Part shown: one piece after another, positions 29,566 to 39,194 of the stretch | Numbering within the stretch: position 1 is the first letter of the stretch | Layout of the letters: every line of letters begins with the position of its first letter | NCBI GenBank assembly: GCA_963666055.2 | Contig: CAXWPH010000002.1 | Location: 256,001 to 320,000 of the forward strand | Direction of reading: 5' to 3' | DNA: 64,000 nt | Source of the DNA: Acidobacteriota bacterium | GTDB lineage: Bacteria > Acidobacteriota > UBA890 > WLXD01 | Position numbers and translations under genes: made by a program | Notes under the pieces: generated by a model | Told to the model about the DNA's origin: nothing | Database searches by the model: none | Seen by the model: only the letters and a program-made list of their open reading frames with translations

Positions 29566-30535
29566 TTCGCGAGCTCCCGTGCCCTCTCCCGACCCCCTCA
29601 AGCTGGCGTTCCTGGGATGCGGCAGCGTCACCCGCAAGCACAGCGCCACGCTGAAGCGGATCGGGGGTGTGTCGCGCTACTACGCCAGCCGTAGCGCCGG
29701 CCGCGGCGCCCGTCTCTCTGAGCGCCTCGGCGGTGCCGGCGCCTACGATACCTATGCCGCCGCCTTTGACGACGACGCCATCGACGTCGTGCTGGTGGCC
29801 ACCCCACCGAGCTCCCATCTGGAGTTGACGCTTACGGCGCTGGAAGCGGGCAAGCACGTCATCGTCGAGAAGCCGCCGTTCCTGTACAGCACCGACTTCT
29901 ACGCTGTCAGCAACGCGGCGCAGCTGGCCGATCGGCAGGTGTTCGTGGCGGAGAACTATTTTTACAAGCCGTTGCTTGCTTGCCTGCGCAGGGTGATTGC
30001 CGAAGGCGACATCGGCGAGCCGCTGTTCGTCTTGCTCAACGCTCTCAAGACCCAGGAGGTGGACGATTGGCGCGACGACCCGGCCTTGGCGGGTGGCGGG
30101 GCGCTATTCGAGGGCGGCATCCACTGGGTCAATTTTGCCGCCAACCTGGGCCCGCCGTTGCGGGCCGTGCGCGGTAGCCGCCCGGGCGAACGCGTTGGCC
30201 TCGAACGAAGCATGATGCTGACGCTTGACTACGATGGGCCGGCCGGCGCGTTGCTTTATTCGTGGGAGGTCCCGTCGTTGTTCAAGGGCCTGCGCATCTC
30301 GCGCATTTGGGGCCGCGAGGGCAGCATTACGTTCGAGTCCAACGGGCTGTTCATGATGGTGCGCGGGCGCCGCCGGCGAATCTTCTTTCCGGGGCTGCGC
30401 GATATCTCGGGCTACCGGGCCATGTTCGAGGACTTCCTTCACGCCATCCGTAGCGGCACTGGCGCGGCATTCGATCTCGAAGCTGCCCGCCGCGATCTCG
30501 AGCTCGTCGAACAAGCCTACGAAACGCTGGTGTAG
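29549..30535 (+). CDS. Gfo/Idh/MocA family oxidoreductase
   Basis: AFLGCG, VATPPSSH, GKHVIVEKP, WRDDPALAGGGALFEGGIH. Confidence 0.9.
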   Translation: MSAASDSRAPVPSPDPLKLAFLGCGSVTRKHSATLKRIGGVSRYYASRSAGRGARLSERLGGAGAYDTYAAAFDDDAIDVVLVATPPSSHLELTLTALEAGKHVIVEKPPFLYSTDFYAVSNAAQLADRQVFVAENYFYKPLLACLRRVIAEGDIGEPLFVLLNALKTQEVDDWRDDPALAGGGALFEGGIHWVNFAANLGPPLRAVRGSRPGERVGLERSMMLTLDYDGPAGALLYSWEVPSLFKGLRISRIWGREGSITFESNGLFMMVRGRRRRIFFPGLRDISGYRAMFEDFLHAIRSGTGAAFDLEAARRDLELVEQAYETLV

Positions 30536-30709
30536 CGGCGCCAGGACAACGCTGAGATCGGCGGCGCCCTGGATCAGTGCCTCGACGGAAGGAAGCCGAG
30601 TATGGTGTTACATTTCCCATCGAGATGTGTTCATCGGGTTGCATCAGCAGGGATGATGGAGCCAGGTAAGTGAAACGAACCAATGGGGCAGAGAGTAGAG
30701 GCTGCGCAC

Positions 30710-32164
30710 ATGGCTAAAGCCGGCAAGTACATCCCGACGGCCAGAGAACAGGCTTTCCTGGATACCGTCGAAAGCCCCCGCTACGATCGCCAGACGGTCA
30801 ACGGTCTCAGCCCGTTCATAGGCGATCGGGTGCCCGACGACATGCGGCTCTTCTACTCGCAGGACGAGCTTTCTGAGCTCAGTGAGCTCAAGGGTACCGA
30901 GCGCGACGTCGAGGCGCGGATGCCGGTGAAGGTGACGCGCCACTACTTCGAGTTGGCGCAACAAAGCGCCCCTTTGCGCGGCCTGGTGAAAGCAAGCCCA
31001 GATGAGACGCAGAGTCTCGTCGGCTCCGAGGATCCGGGTTTCCAGATGGACTTCAGCCCTGTTGAGGGCCTACTCCACAAGTACGAGATGGGTCTGCTGT
31101 ACGTCACTTCGACATGTTCGGCGCATTGTCGGTTTTGCTACCGCGAGGAGTTGATCAGCCGTAAGGAAGTCAAACGGCAGGACGGAACTATCGCCAGCAA
31201 GGGGCTTGCTCAGATCAGTGAGGTCACCGACTACGTTCTCGCGCACAACAAGATCGTCGATGACAACGGTGGCCGGCATCCAGAGTCCGGCCGTGAGCGG
31301 CTGCGCGAGATGTTGTTGTCTGGTGGTGATCCGATGGTGCTGCCGAACGGAAAGCTTGCGGCATGGCTGTCGGCCCTCGCCGAGGCTGGCATTGAGGCCA
31401 TCCGGCTGGGTACGAAGGAATTGGCGTTTTTCCCGGATCGCTTCGACGAAGCGTTTTTCTCCATGCTCGACGGATTCCACGCCGCGTACCCCGATGTCGG
31501 TCTGCGTCTGATGGCGCATTTCAATCACCCTGATGAGTTCCTCACCAAGGATGCCGACGGACTCTACGTCGAGAACCCGAATGGGTCGCTCAAGTGGAAC
31601 GACTCGGCAAAGCGCGCCATCGACGGCCTCACGTCGCGGGGGTGGGTGACCGTCGAGAATCAATCCCCGATCATCAAGGGCATCAACGATGATGCCGATG
31701 CATTGCGCATCATGCAGCGGGCCCTGAAGCGTGTGGGCGCCGAGAATCACTACTTCTTTTGCGGCCGTGACATCGTTGCCTACCACGCCTTCAATGTACC
31801 GATTGAGACAGCGTGGCAGATATTGAACGAGTCCCAGAAGGGGCTATCTGGCGTTGAGACGCACGCCAGACTCTCGATCACGCACTACAAGGGCAAGACC
31901 GAGGTATCCGCAGTCACCAACGAACCGCTTCCGGGCGTTCCTGGGACAGAGAATGGTGTGGTGATCTTCAAGATCTTGCGGAACGCCGCCGGCGCACCGG
32001 ATCGAGGAAAGGTGTGCATCGTCAGGCGGAACCCCGAGGCGATTTGGTTCGACGGCTACGCTGACCGCGTCATCTATGACGAGGCGGGGCTCTTCGACTA
32101 CGTGCGCGTACAGGCCCTTCGGCCGGCTGTGCCTTCCGCAGCCGCCGTAGGTGCCGGTTCCTAA
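30710..32164 (+). CDS. KamA-family radical SAM aminomutase-like protein (divergent)
   Basis: GLLHKY..CSAHCRFCYR (CxxxCxxC), LLSGGDPM, IRLGTK, HFNHPDE, NQSPIIKGINDD, LSG...KGKTEV. Confidence 0.88.
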   Translation: MAKAGKYIPTAREQAFLDTVESPRYDRQTVNGLSPFIGDRVPDDMRLFYSQDELSELSELKGTERDVEARMPVKVTRHYFELAQQSAPLRGLVKASPDETQSLVGSEDPGFQMDFSPVEGLLHKYEMGLLYVTSTCSAHCRFCYREELISRKEVKRQDGTIASKGLAQISEVTDYVLAHNKIVDDNGGRHPESGRERLREMLLSGGDPMVLPNGKLAAWLSALAEAGIEAIRLGTKELAFFPDRFDEAFFSMLDGFHAAYPDVGLRLMAHFNHPDEFLTKDADGLYVENPNGSLKWNDSAKRAIDGLTSRGWVTVENQSPIIKGINDDADALRIMQRALKRVGAENHYFFCGRDIVAYHAFNVPIETAWQILNESQKGLSGVETHARLSITHYKGKTEVSAVTNEPLPGVPGTENGVVIFKILRNAAGAPDRGKVCIVRRNPEAIWFDGYADRVIYDEAGLFDYVRVQALRPAVPSAAAVGAGS

Positions 32165-32298
32165 CAGGGTGCTGAAGAACTCTGGTGGCCGTAACCTGTA
32201 GGGCGCGTGGGGATTGCCGTCGATCTCCGCGTCAGCGCTCCTGGCGCCACCGGCACTGCTTGTCGCGACGATCGTTCACATCGGGACCCTAGCAGACC

Positions 32299-33123
32299 AT
32301 GAACGTCGTGTACGCCGTGCTCATCGGGCTCGCTTCCGGCCTCCATACCTCCACGTGGGGGATGTACAAGGACGCCCCGCACGAGGGCTTCACCTGGCCC
32401 AAGTACCTGCGCAGCACGGTGGTCGGTGTGCTGGTGGCGCTGGTGCTGAGCCGTGTGCTGCAGCTCGACCTGACGGTGGCCGCTAACATGGCGGTGTTCT
32501 TCGGCGCTACCTACGTCGGCGAGCGCGCCCTGCTGGAGTTTTGGAAGACGTTCCTGCGTGTCGAGGACCAGTCGAAGTACTTCATACCCATGCAGTTTGC
32601 TGTCCTCGGCAAGGTGGTGGAGAGCCGCGCAATCCAGCTCAGTGTAGCGGTGGTCTACGCAGCGACCTGCGTGCTCATCGCCTATTCGATCTGGCGTTTC
32701 CAGCAGACCGGACCGGGTCTTCATCCGCTGTTTGTGGTAGCCACCATCGGCGCCGCCGGCGGTTGGATCTCCGCCTTCGGCGGTGCCTGGAAGGACGCCC
32801 CCAAGGAAGGCTTCGAGACCCTCAAGTTCTTCCGCAGCCCCTTGCTCGCCGCCGCCTGGGCCTGGCTCCTGGCTCATTTCACCGGCAACTACCTGCTGAT
32901 CGCCTCCTGCGCTCTCGGCTACACCATCGCCACCACCGAGACCTACAAGACCTTCTTTTTCCCCAGCAAGCCGCGCGGCAAGTTCGCCGGCATGCCGATC
33001 TCGCATCCCGAGTGGCTGCAGCGACGGTATTACTTCGTGCCGCTCTACGTGGCGGTGTGGATCGGCGTCATCGTGACGTTCGTGGCCGGCTTCGCCAGCC
33101 CACACGAGGGTTTGCTCGGGTAG
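32299..33123 (+). CDS. Hypothetical membrane protein with internal duplication
   Basis: WGMYKDAPHEGFTWPKYLRS versus GGAWKDAPKEGFETLKFFRS; EFWKTF versus ETYKTF; 7-8 TM segments. Confidence 0.8.
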   Translation: MNVVYAVLIGLASGLHTSTWGMYKDAPHEGFTWPKYLRSTVVGVLVALVLSRVLQLDLTVAANMAVFFGATYVGERALLEFWKTFLRVEDQSKYFIPMQFAVLGKVVESRAIQLSVAVVYAATCVLIAYSIWRFQQTGPGLHPLFVVATIGAAGGWISAFGGAWKDAPKEGFETLKFFRSPLLAAAWAWLLAHFTGNYLLIASCALGYTIATTETYKTFFFPSKPRGKFAGMPISHPEWLQRRYYFVPLYVAVWIGVIVTFVAGFASPHEGLLG

Positions 33124-33244
33124 GGGCGCGGTAAGTTGAGGTTGTAAGCGGCACTCGTTCTTCGGCGGCGTCCAGAGACCGTAAGGCCCGGGATCGCAAC
33201 TGCTCATCGCCCTCAGTCTGCTCCTTCCGCCGGTCGTACAGACC

Positions 33245-35929
33245 TCAGAAATCGTACGACAGGCGTGTGTAGTAGAAGCCGCCGTTGAACCCAAATGGCG
33301 CGGTGCGTCGCGGGTATACGAAGATGCCACCGAACGAGATCTCGTCGCGGTTCTCGTCCGGGAAGGTGTGGAAGATGTTGTTGGCGCCGACCGAGATGTT
33401 GAGCCCTGAGCGTAGCGGGTGGGTGAGCTCCAGGTCGACGATCCACTTGCCGGAGAAGATCTGATCGATTGCCGGGTTGCCGGCGCTCTCCACCGTCTTC
33501 ACCGAGCCGAAGCGGTTGGCGCGTAGCACGGCGGTGATCAGCGGGCTCGTATAACGCGCCGACATCTGGTAGTGGTTGCGCGGCTGAGCGCTCTCGATGC
33601 GCTCGCGCTCGATGCGATTGAACAGCGTTGCTCCGAGTCCGGCCAGGGCGGCGGGCGTGCGCACGTCGCTGACAACGCGGGTGCGGTTCCAGTTCGCCGC
33701 ACCGGTTAGGTGCAGGCTGCCCTCGCGGCCGATCTGGTCAAACCATGCCACCACCAGGTCGGCGCCGATCGTCTCGGTGTCGATAGCGTTGCTGAAGAAC
33801 TGTGCCGCGTTCACCCCGAAGGGTTCCAGGATGGCGCGAATTGCGCCGTCGGCGAATGGCTCCGACTGGAACTGCCCCGAAACGACGATGCGATCCTCGA
33901 TGCCGATGAAGAAGACGTCGCCGGTTATCGACCAGTTCGACACTGGTCGGGCGACGAACCCGAGGCTCAGGTTACGGGCCGTCTCCTCGCGTAACGGGGA
34001 TACGCCGAAGGCGTTGGTCAACTCGCTACCGTTGGCGAAGGTGCCGACCTCGAAGGGCAGCAGATCACCGGTGGTGTCGCTGAAGACGAACTGCGTGCTG
34101 GTGTTGTTGAAGTAGGCTTGGTGCAGCGACGGGGCCCGGAAGCCGCTGCTGACCGAGCCTCGCAGCGCCAGGGTCTCCGATAGCGACCAGCGCGCCGCTA
34201 CCTTGCCGCTCAGGAAAGAGCCGAAGTCACTGTAGTCCTCGAACCGTACCGCCGTGGCGAGCAACAGATCGTCGGACAAGAGGGTCTCCAGGTCCACGTA
34301 CACGCCGACGTTGGTACGCGACTCGTCCACCTCGTTGCTCGGCCGGAAGCCCGGGAACACCTGGATTCCCGGGGCGGCGCGGCTGGCGAACTGATTGGGG
34401 AACCCACCATCGATCCACGAGGCGGTCTCGCCGGCCTCGATCTGATAATTGTCGCGCCGTACCTCGGCGCCGACCGCCAGCTGCACGGGGTGCTGCAGAC
34501 CCCAGTCGACGTCGGTGAAGGCGTCGACGTTGAAGGTCGTCTGGCGAAAGCTGAGTGTGCCGGCGCGCGCCGAGGTCGGGCTGGATGGTCCTATCGACAC
34601 GTTGTTGGAGTTGTTGATGATGAACTCGAAGGAGTTGGATCCGCTGGTGAGGCTGGTGTCGAGGCTCCAGTTGCCAAGCAGCTGCCGATAACCAACCACC
34701 GCCGACAGGTCGTTGACCTCCGTGTTGATGAGCGGCAGGAACCCGTCGGGATGAATCTCCGGGCGCGTACGCGCGTCGAGCGCGCGTCGATAAAAGCCTG
34801 CCGATTCTCCGTTTCGGCCGGAATACCCGCCAAAGAAATAGACCGTGCCGGTGTCGCCGACGCCGGCCTCGGCGTTGGCCCACAGCGTCAGGTTCTCCGA
34901 GTCTGCGTCGCCGTAACGATGGTTGAGACGATCGAAGCTCGCCTCGCGCGGATCCGCGGAACCGCCTTCAAGCGGCAGGTACTGCGGCCGCTGGTCGAGT
35001 CCCGCGCGGTTGGTGTTGCCCCGGTTGCGGTAGTCGCCCGTGAGGTTCAGAAAACCGCGACTGCCGAGCCGCAGCCCATGATTGACCGAGGCCTGAACCA
35101 GCTCACCGTCACTTCGGTACATCTGCCCGAGGTTCAGCTTCACCTGGGTGCCAGACGGGCGCTCCTTGAGGACGATGTTGATTACGCCGGCGATGGCGTC
35201 GGAACCGTACTGCGCCGCGGCACCGTCGCGCAGGATCTCGACGCGCTCGATGGCGGCCGCCGGGATGGTGTTGAGGTCGACGCCAGCGGAGCCACGCCCG
35301 ACCGAGCCGTTGACGTGCACCAGCGCGCTCGTGTGGCGGCGCTTGCCGTTTATCAGCACCAGGGTCTGATCCGGTCCCAGCCCGCGCAGCGTCGACGGTC
35401 GCACGATGTCGGTGCCGTCGCTGATTGTCGAGGTAGAGAAGTTGAACGACGGCGCCAGGAACTGAATCATGCGACTGGTTTCGGACTGTCCGGTGCGCTC
35501 GAGGTCGGCTGCGTCGAGCAGGTCCACGGGCACCGGTGTTTCCAGCACGGTGCGCTCGCCACGCGAGCCGATGACCACGATCTCCTCACCCAGCGTCGGC
35601 CGCAGGGGAAACATCACCACATCGATGCGGAGGCTTTCCCCCGCACCGAGCACAACACGTCTTTCCACCGGCAAGAAGTTTTCCCTTGTAGCACGCAGGG
35701 TGTACACGCCGGGGTCTGCCGACTGGCGGAAGCGACCGTCGGCTGCCGTTTCGATCGACGCCCCGGTCTCGACGATCTCGACCGTCGCGGCCTCGATCGG
35801 CGCTTGCGTGAAGCCGTTCAGAACGCGCCCGTGAACCTCCGCCTGCTGCGCCGCGATCGCCTGGGCCATGGGGCACACCAGCACGACACCGATGAGCGCG
35901 AAGGTTGCTGGCAGCGGACGTCTAAGCAT
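33245..35929 (-). CDS. TonB-dependent receptor with N-terminal extension
   Basis: EEIVVIGSR, LRGLGPDQTLVLINGKRR, IERVEILRDGAAAQYGSDAIAGVINI, GFRAPSL, C-terminal YDF. Confidence 0.95.
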   Translation of the reverse strand: MLRRPLPATFALIGVVLVCPMAQAIAAQQAEVHGRVLNGFTQAPIEAATVEIVETGASIETAADGRFRQSADPGVYTLRATRENFLPVERRVVLGAGESLRIDVVMFPLRPTLGEEIVVIGSRGERTVLETPVPVDLLDAADLERTGQSETSRMIQFLAPSFNFSTSTISDGTDIVRPSTLRGLGPDQTLVLINGKRRHTSALVHVNGSVGRGSAGVDLNTIPAAAIERVEILRDGAAAQYGSDAIAGVINIVLKERPSGTQVKLNLGQMYRSDGELVQASVNHGLRLGSRGFLNLTGDYRNRGNTNRAGLDQRPQYLPLEGGSADPREASFDRLNHRYGDADSENLTLWANAEAGVGDTGTVYFFGGYSGRNGESAGFYRRALDARTRPEIHPDGFLPLINTEVNDLSAVVGYRQLLGNWSLDTSLTSGSNSFEFIINNSNNVSIGPSSPTSARAGTLSFRQTTFNVDAFTDVDWGLQHPVQLAVGAEVRRDNYQIEAGETASWIDGGFPNQFASRAAPGIQVFPGFRPSNEVDESRTNVGVYVDLETLLSDDLLLATAVRFEDYSDFGSFLSGKVAARWSLSETLALRGSVSSGFRAPSLHQAYFNNTSTQFVFSDTTGDLLPFEVGTFANGSELTNAFGVSPLREETARNLSLGFVARPVSNWSITGDVFFIGIEDRIVVSGQFQSEPFADGAIRAILEPFGVNAAQFFSNAIDTETIGADLVVAWFDQIGREGSLHLTGAANWNRTRVVSDVRTPAALAGLGATLFNRIERERIESAQPRNHYQMSARYTSPLITAVLRANRFGSVKTVESAGNPAIDQIFSGKWIVDLELTHPLRSGLNISVGANNIFHTFPDENRDEISFGGIFVYPRRTAPFGFNGGFYYTRLSYDF

Positions 35930-36162
35930 AGCGGGTCTGACTCCTGTATGGGGAAGCAGTCCCGTTCCCCTGAACGATCTGGCCGAGCCTCGTTGGCGGA
36001 GTTTAACAGGGCGCCGAATCGCCGTTCGGTATCAGCCCGACCCGCGCTAGAAGCCGTGTGGTGTCGTCCCGAGGAAGACAGGTGGAGGCGTGCGCCGTAT
36101 GATGCGCTGGACTGCGGCATTCGCTGCGAGGCGCACCAGAGTCCCCGGCCGATTGGTGATCG

Positions 36163-37314
36163 ATGCGTAAGCTCATCCTGCCCGCGCTTGTTGCCCTACT
36201 CGGCCTCGTGCCAGTCGCCGGTGGCGGGGCAGCAGCCCGACAAACGTCGGCCACCGACGCGGCGGCGGAATCCCGCTTCCTCACCCGTATTCGGCGGCTC
36301 ACCTACGATGGGGTGCGCGCCGGCGAGGGCTACTACTCATACGACGGCACCAAGATGGTGCTGCAAAGCGAGCGTCAGGCCGACAATCCGTTCTACCAGA
36401 TCTATCAGCTGGATCTGACCACCGGGGAGACGCAGCGCATCTCGTCCGGCGTGGGTAAGACGACCTGCGCGTTCATCCATCCGGTGACCGGTGAGGTGGA
36501 GTACGCCTCGACGCACCTCGACCCCAACTCCAGGCGCTACCAGCAAGAAGAGTTCGATATGCGCGCCTCCGGGCAGGAGCGCCGCTATGCCTGGGACTAC
36601 GACCCGGCGATGGACATCTTCGTGACCAACCCGGCTACCGGGGAGACACGTCAACTCACCGACGCTCGAGGCTACGATGCCGAGGGCAGTTACTCGCCGG
36701 ACGGCGAGTGGATTATCTTCTCGTCCAACCGCAACGCCTATTCGCGCCAGCTGACCAGCGAAGAAGAGAATCTCCTGGAGGTCGATCCGGCCTACTTCGC
36801 TGACCTGTGGATCATGCGCGCCGACGGCTCGGCGCAGCGCCAGCTGACCGACGTGCCGGGTTACGACGGCGGCCCGTTCTTCTTTCACGACGGCTCGCGC
36901 ATCATCTGGCGACGCTTCCATCCGTCGGGTCTGCTGGCCGACGTCTACTCCGCCAATCCCGACGGCAGCGACGAGCGGCGGCTCACCGACTTCGGCGCCA
37001 TGAGCTGGGCACCCTACGTGCATCCCTCGCGCCGGTACGTATTCTTCGCTTCGAACAAGCTCGGTTTCGACAACTTCGAGGTGTTCATGGTCGATATCGC
37101 CGGCGAGAAGGAGCCCGTTCGGGTGACCTATTCGGACCGCTTCGATGGTTTGCCGGTGCCAGCGCCGGATGGCTCGACGCTGTCATGGACCTCGCAGCGT
37201 CACGGCGAGAAGGGTTCCCAGATCTTCGTCGCACGATGGAGTCACGAGGCGGCGCTGGCAGCGTTGGCGGCGGCGCCGGCCCGGGTGCGCAATTCCGAGG
37301 AAAGCGACCAGTGA
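36163..37314 (+). CDS. TolB-like PD40 beta-propeller protein
   Basis: AGEGYYSYDG, GYDAEGSYSPDG, GYDGGPFF, SWAPY, FDGLPVPAPDG; signal peptide. Confidence 0.85.
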   Translation: MRKLILPALVALLGLVPVAGGGAAARQTSATDAAAESRFLTRIRRLTYDGVRAGEGYYSYDGTKMVLQSERQADNPFYQIYQLDLTTGETQRISSGVGKTTCAFIHPVTGEVEYASTHLDPNSRRYQQEEFDMRASGQERRYAWDYDPAMDIFVTNPATGETRQLTDARGYDAEGSYSPDGEWIIFSSNRNAYSRQLTSEEENLLEVDPAYFADLWIMRADGSAQRQLTDVPGYDGGPFFFHDGSRIIWRRFHPSGLLADVYSANPDGSDERRLTDFGAMSWAPYVHPSRRYVFFASNKLGFDNFEVFMVDIAGEKEPVRVTYSDRFDGLPVPAPDGSTLSWTSQRHGEKGSQIFVARWSHEAALAALAAAPARVRNSEESDQ

Positions 37315-39146
37315 GGGTCAGTCTCCAATTGTTGGTTCACGCAGTGCTTGTCGTGGTCCTGTCGCTCAGCGGTGCGACGCGGGTGCACGGACAGCAGGCT
37401 ATGAGCGCCTTGCACGGCGCCGACGCCATTCGCCGACACGTCGAGTTTCTCGCATCTGAAGCGCTGGAGGGCCGGCTAACCGGTACGGAAGGGGCAGCGC
37501 GAGCCGCCGACTACCTGATCCAGCAGCTGCAGCAGCTCGGGGCCAAGCCGCTGCCCGGGGCGGCCGCCTATCGCTTGCCGTTCGAATTTACTTCCGGGAT
37601 CAGCGATGCGGGCAGCAGGCTGCGGGTTGCGGAACAGCAGTTCTCGGCCACCGACGGCATGCTGCAGGCGCTCTCGTTGTCGGAGAACGCCACCGTTAGC
37701 GGCGAGTTGGTGTTCGCTGGCTACGGCCTTTCGATTCCCGAGAGCCAGAGCTACCCCTATGACAGCTATTTCGGGCTCGATGTTGCCGACAAGATCGTCG
37801 TCGTGCTGCGTTACATTCCCGAGGACGTCGACCAGGAAACACGGGCGATCCTGTCGCGGTACTCGGGCATGCGTTACAAGGCGCTACAGGCGCGTGAGCT
37901 TGGCGCCAAGGGACTGCTGGTGGTTACCGGGCCGCGCTCTCCGAACGCTGGCGGGCTGGTGAGGATGACCTTCGACACCGCCACGGCCAGCTCCGGCATT
38001 GTTGCCGCGAGCGTCGATGGCAGCGTGACCGCAGCGATCTTCGCGGCCGTCGATCGGAATCTCGAGGAGGTTCAGGCAGAGCTCGATACTGGCAACCCCC
38101 ACGTCGGCGGCTTCGAGCTCGGGGTGGCTGCCGAGCTCAGCGTCAGCGTTCATCGCCAGCGCGGCGAGGGCAACAACGTGGTCGGTTATCTTCCGCATCC
38201 GGCTCGACGGACGGTGTGGATCGTCTGGGTCGTGCTTGGCGCTCACTACGACCACCTTGGTCGCGGCACGGGCGGCAACTCGCTGGCCCGCAAAGATGAG
38301 GCGGGCCAGGTACACAACGGCGCCGACGACAATGCCTCCGGAGTGGCCGCCGTGCTCGCCGCTGGCGCCCGGCTGGCAGGTATGCCACATGCGCGCAATG
38401 TGGCGCTGGCCTTTTGGTCCGGTGAGGAGCTCGGCACCATCGGATCGCTCGATTTCACCCGTGGCGGCGAGTTGTCGATGCAACAGGTCGCGGCCAACCT
38501 CAACTTCGACATGGTGGGTCGCTCACGCGACAACCAGCTGGTGTTGCAGGCGGTTGGTAGCAGCGCCGCGTGGCCGGGCCTCATCGAGCGTAGCAACGTG
38601 GTGGTGGGCTTCGACATCAAGATAGACGACAACCCCTACCTGCCGACGGATTCCAGCTCTTTCAACCAGGCTGGCGTGCCCACGCTGGCATTCTTTACCA
38701 ACGTGCACACCGATTACCACCGTCCCAGCGACGACGCCGCGCTGCTCAACATCGAGGATCTCGCCCGAGTCGCTCACCTCGGTGCGTTGGTGGCCCACAA
38801 GGTCAGCAATTTGGATGTGGCGCCGCAGTTCGTTGCTGTGCAACGGGCTGGCAACGAGCCGCAAGGCAGCCGCGACACCGTGAGAGCGTTCACCGGCACG
38901 ATCCCCGACTACGCCTCGGAAATCGAGGGTTTGCTCCTCGGCGGGGTAATCGAGGGCGGCCCAGCGGAGGAGGCCGGGCTGCGCGCCGGCGACGTGATCA
39001 TCGAGTTCGGTGGCCAGACGATCGCCAACATCTACGACTACACCTACGCTCTCGACGCGGTGAAGATTGGCGAACCACTGGCGATCGTGTTCATGCGCGA
39101 TGGCGAGCGCCGCGAAACCACGATGACGCCGCGGGCGCGCAGCTGA
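37311..39146 (+). CDS. M28 peptidase with PA and C-terminal PDZ domains
   Basis: LEGRLTGT, VFAGYG, GAHYDHLG, NGADDNASG, SGEE, NFDMVGR, YHRPSD, GGPAEEAGLRAGDVI; GTGA overlap. Confidence 0.92.
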   Translation: MRVSLQLLVHAVLVVVLSLSGATRVHGQQAMSALHGADAIRRHVEFLASEALEGRLTGTEGAARAADYLIQQLQQLGAKPLPGAAAYRLPFEFTSGISDAGSRLRVAEQQFSATDGMLQALSLSENATVSGELVFAGYGLSIPESQSYPYDSYFGLDVADKIVVVLRYIPEDVDQETRAILSRYSGMRYKALQARELGAKGLLVVTGPRSPNAGGLVRMTFDTATASSGIVAASVDGSVTAAIFAAVDRNLEEVQAELDTGNPHVGGFELGVAAELSVSVHRQRGEGNNVVGYLPHPARRTVWIVWVVLGAHYDHLGRGTGGNSLARKDEAGQVHNGADDNASGVAAVLAAGARLAGMPHARNVALAFWSGEELGTIGSLDFTRGGELSMQQVAANLNFDMVGRSRDNQLVLQAVGSSAAWPGLIERSNVVVGFDIKIDDNPYLPTDSSSFNQAGVPTLAFFTNVHTDYHRPSDDAALLNIEDLARVAHLGALVAHKVSNLDVAPQFVAVQRAGNEPQGSRDTVRAFTGTIPDYASEIEGLLLGGVIEGGPAEEAGLRAGDVIIEFGGQTIANIYDYTYALDAVKIGEPLAIVFMRDGERRETTMTPRARS

Positions 39147-39194
39147 TTGCTCGCCACACCTCCACCACGGCCTGCCGGCGTAGCGGGCCGGGCG

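Noticed and set aside
34490-36418. 642-aa plus-strand ORF and many other long overlapping ORFs
   Set aside because: Antisense or alternate-frame shadows of well-supported genes, expected at high GC
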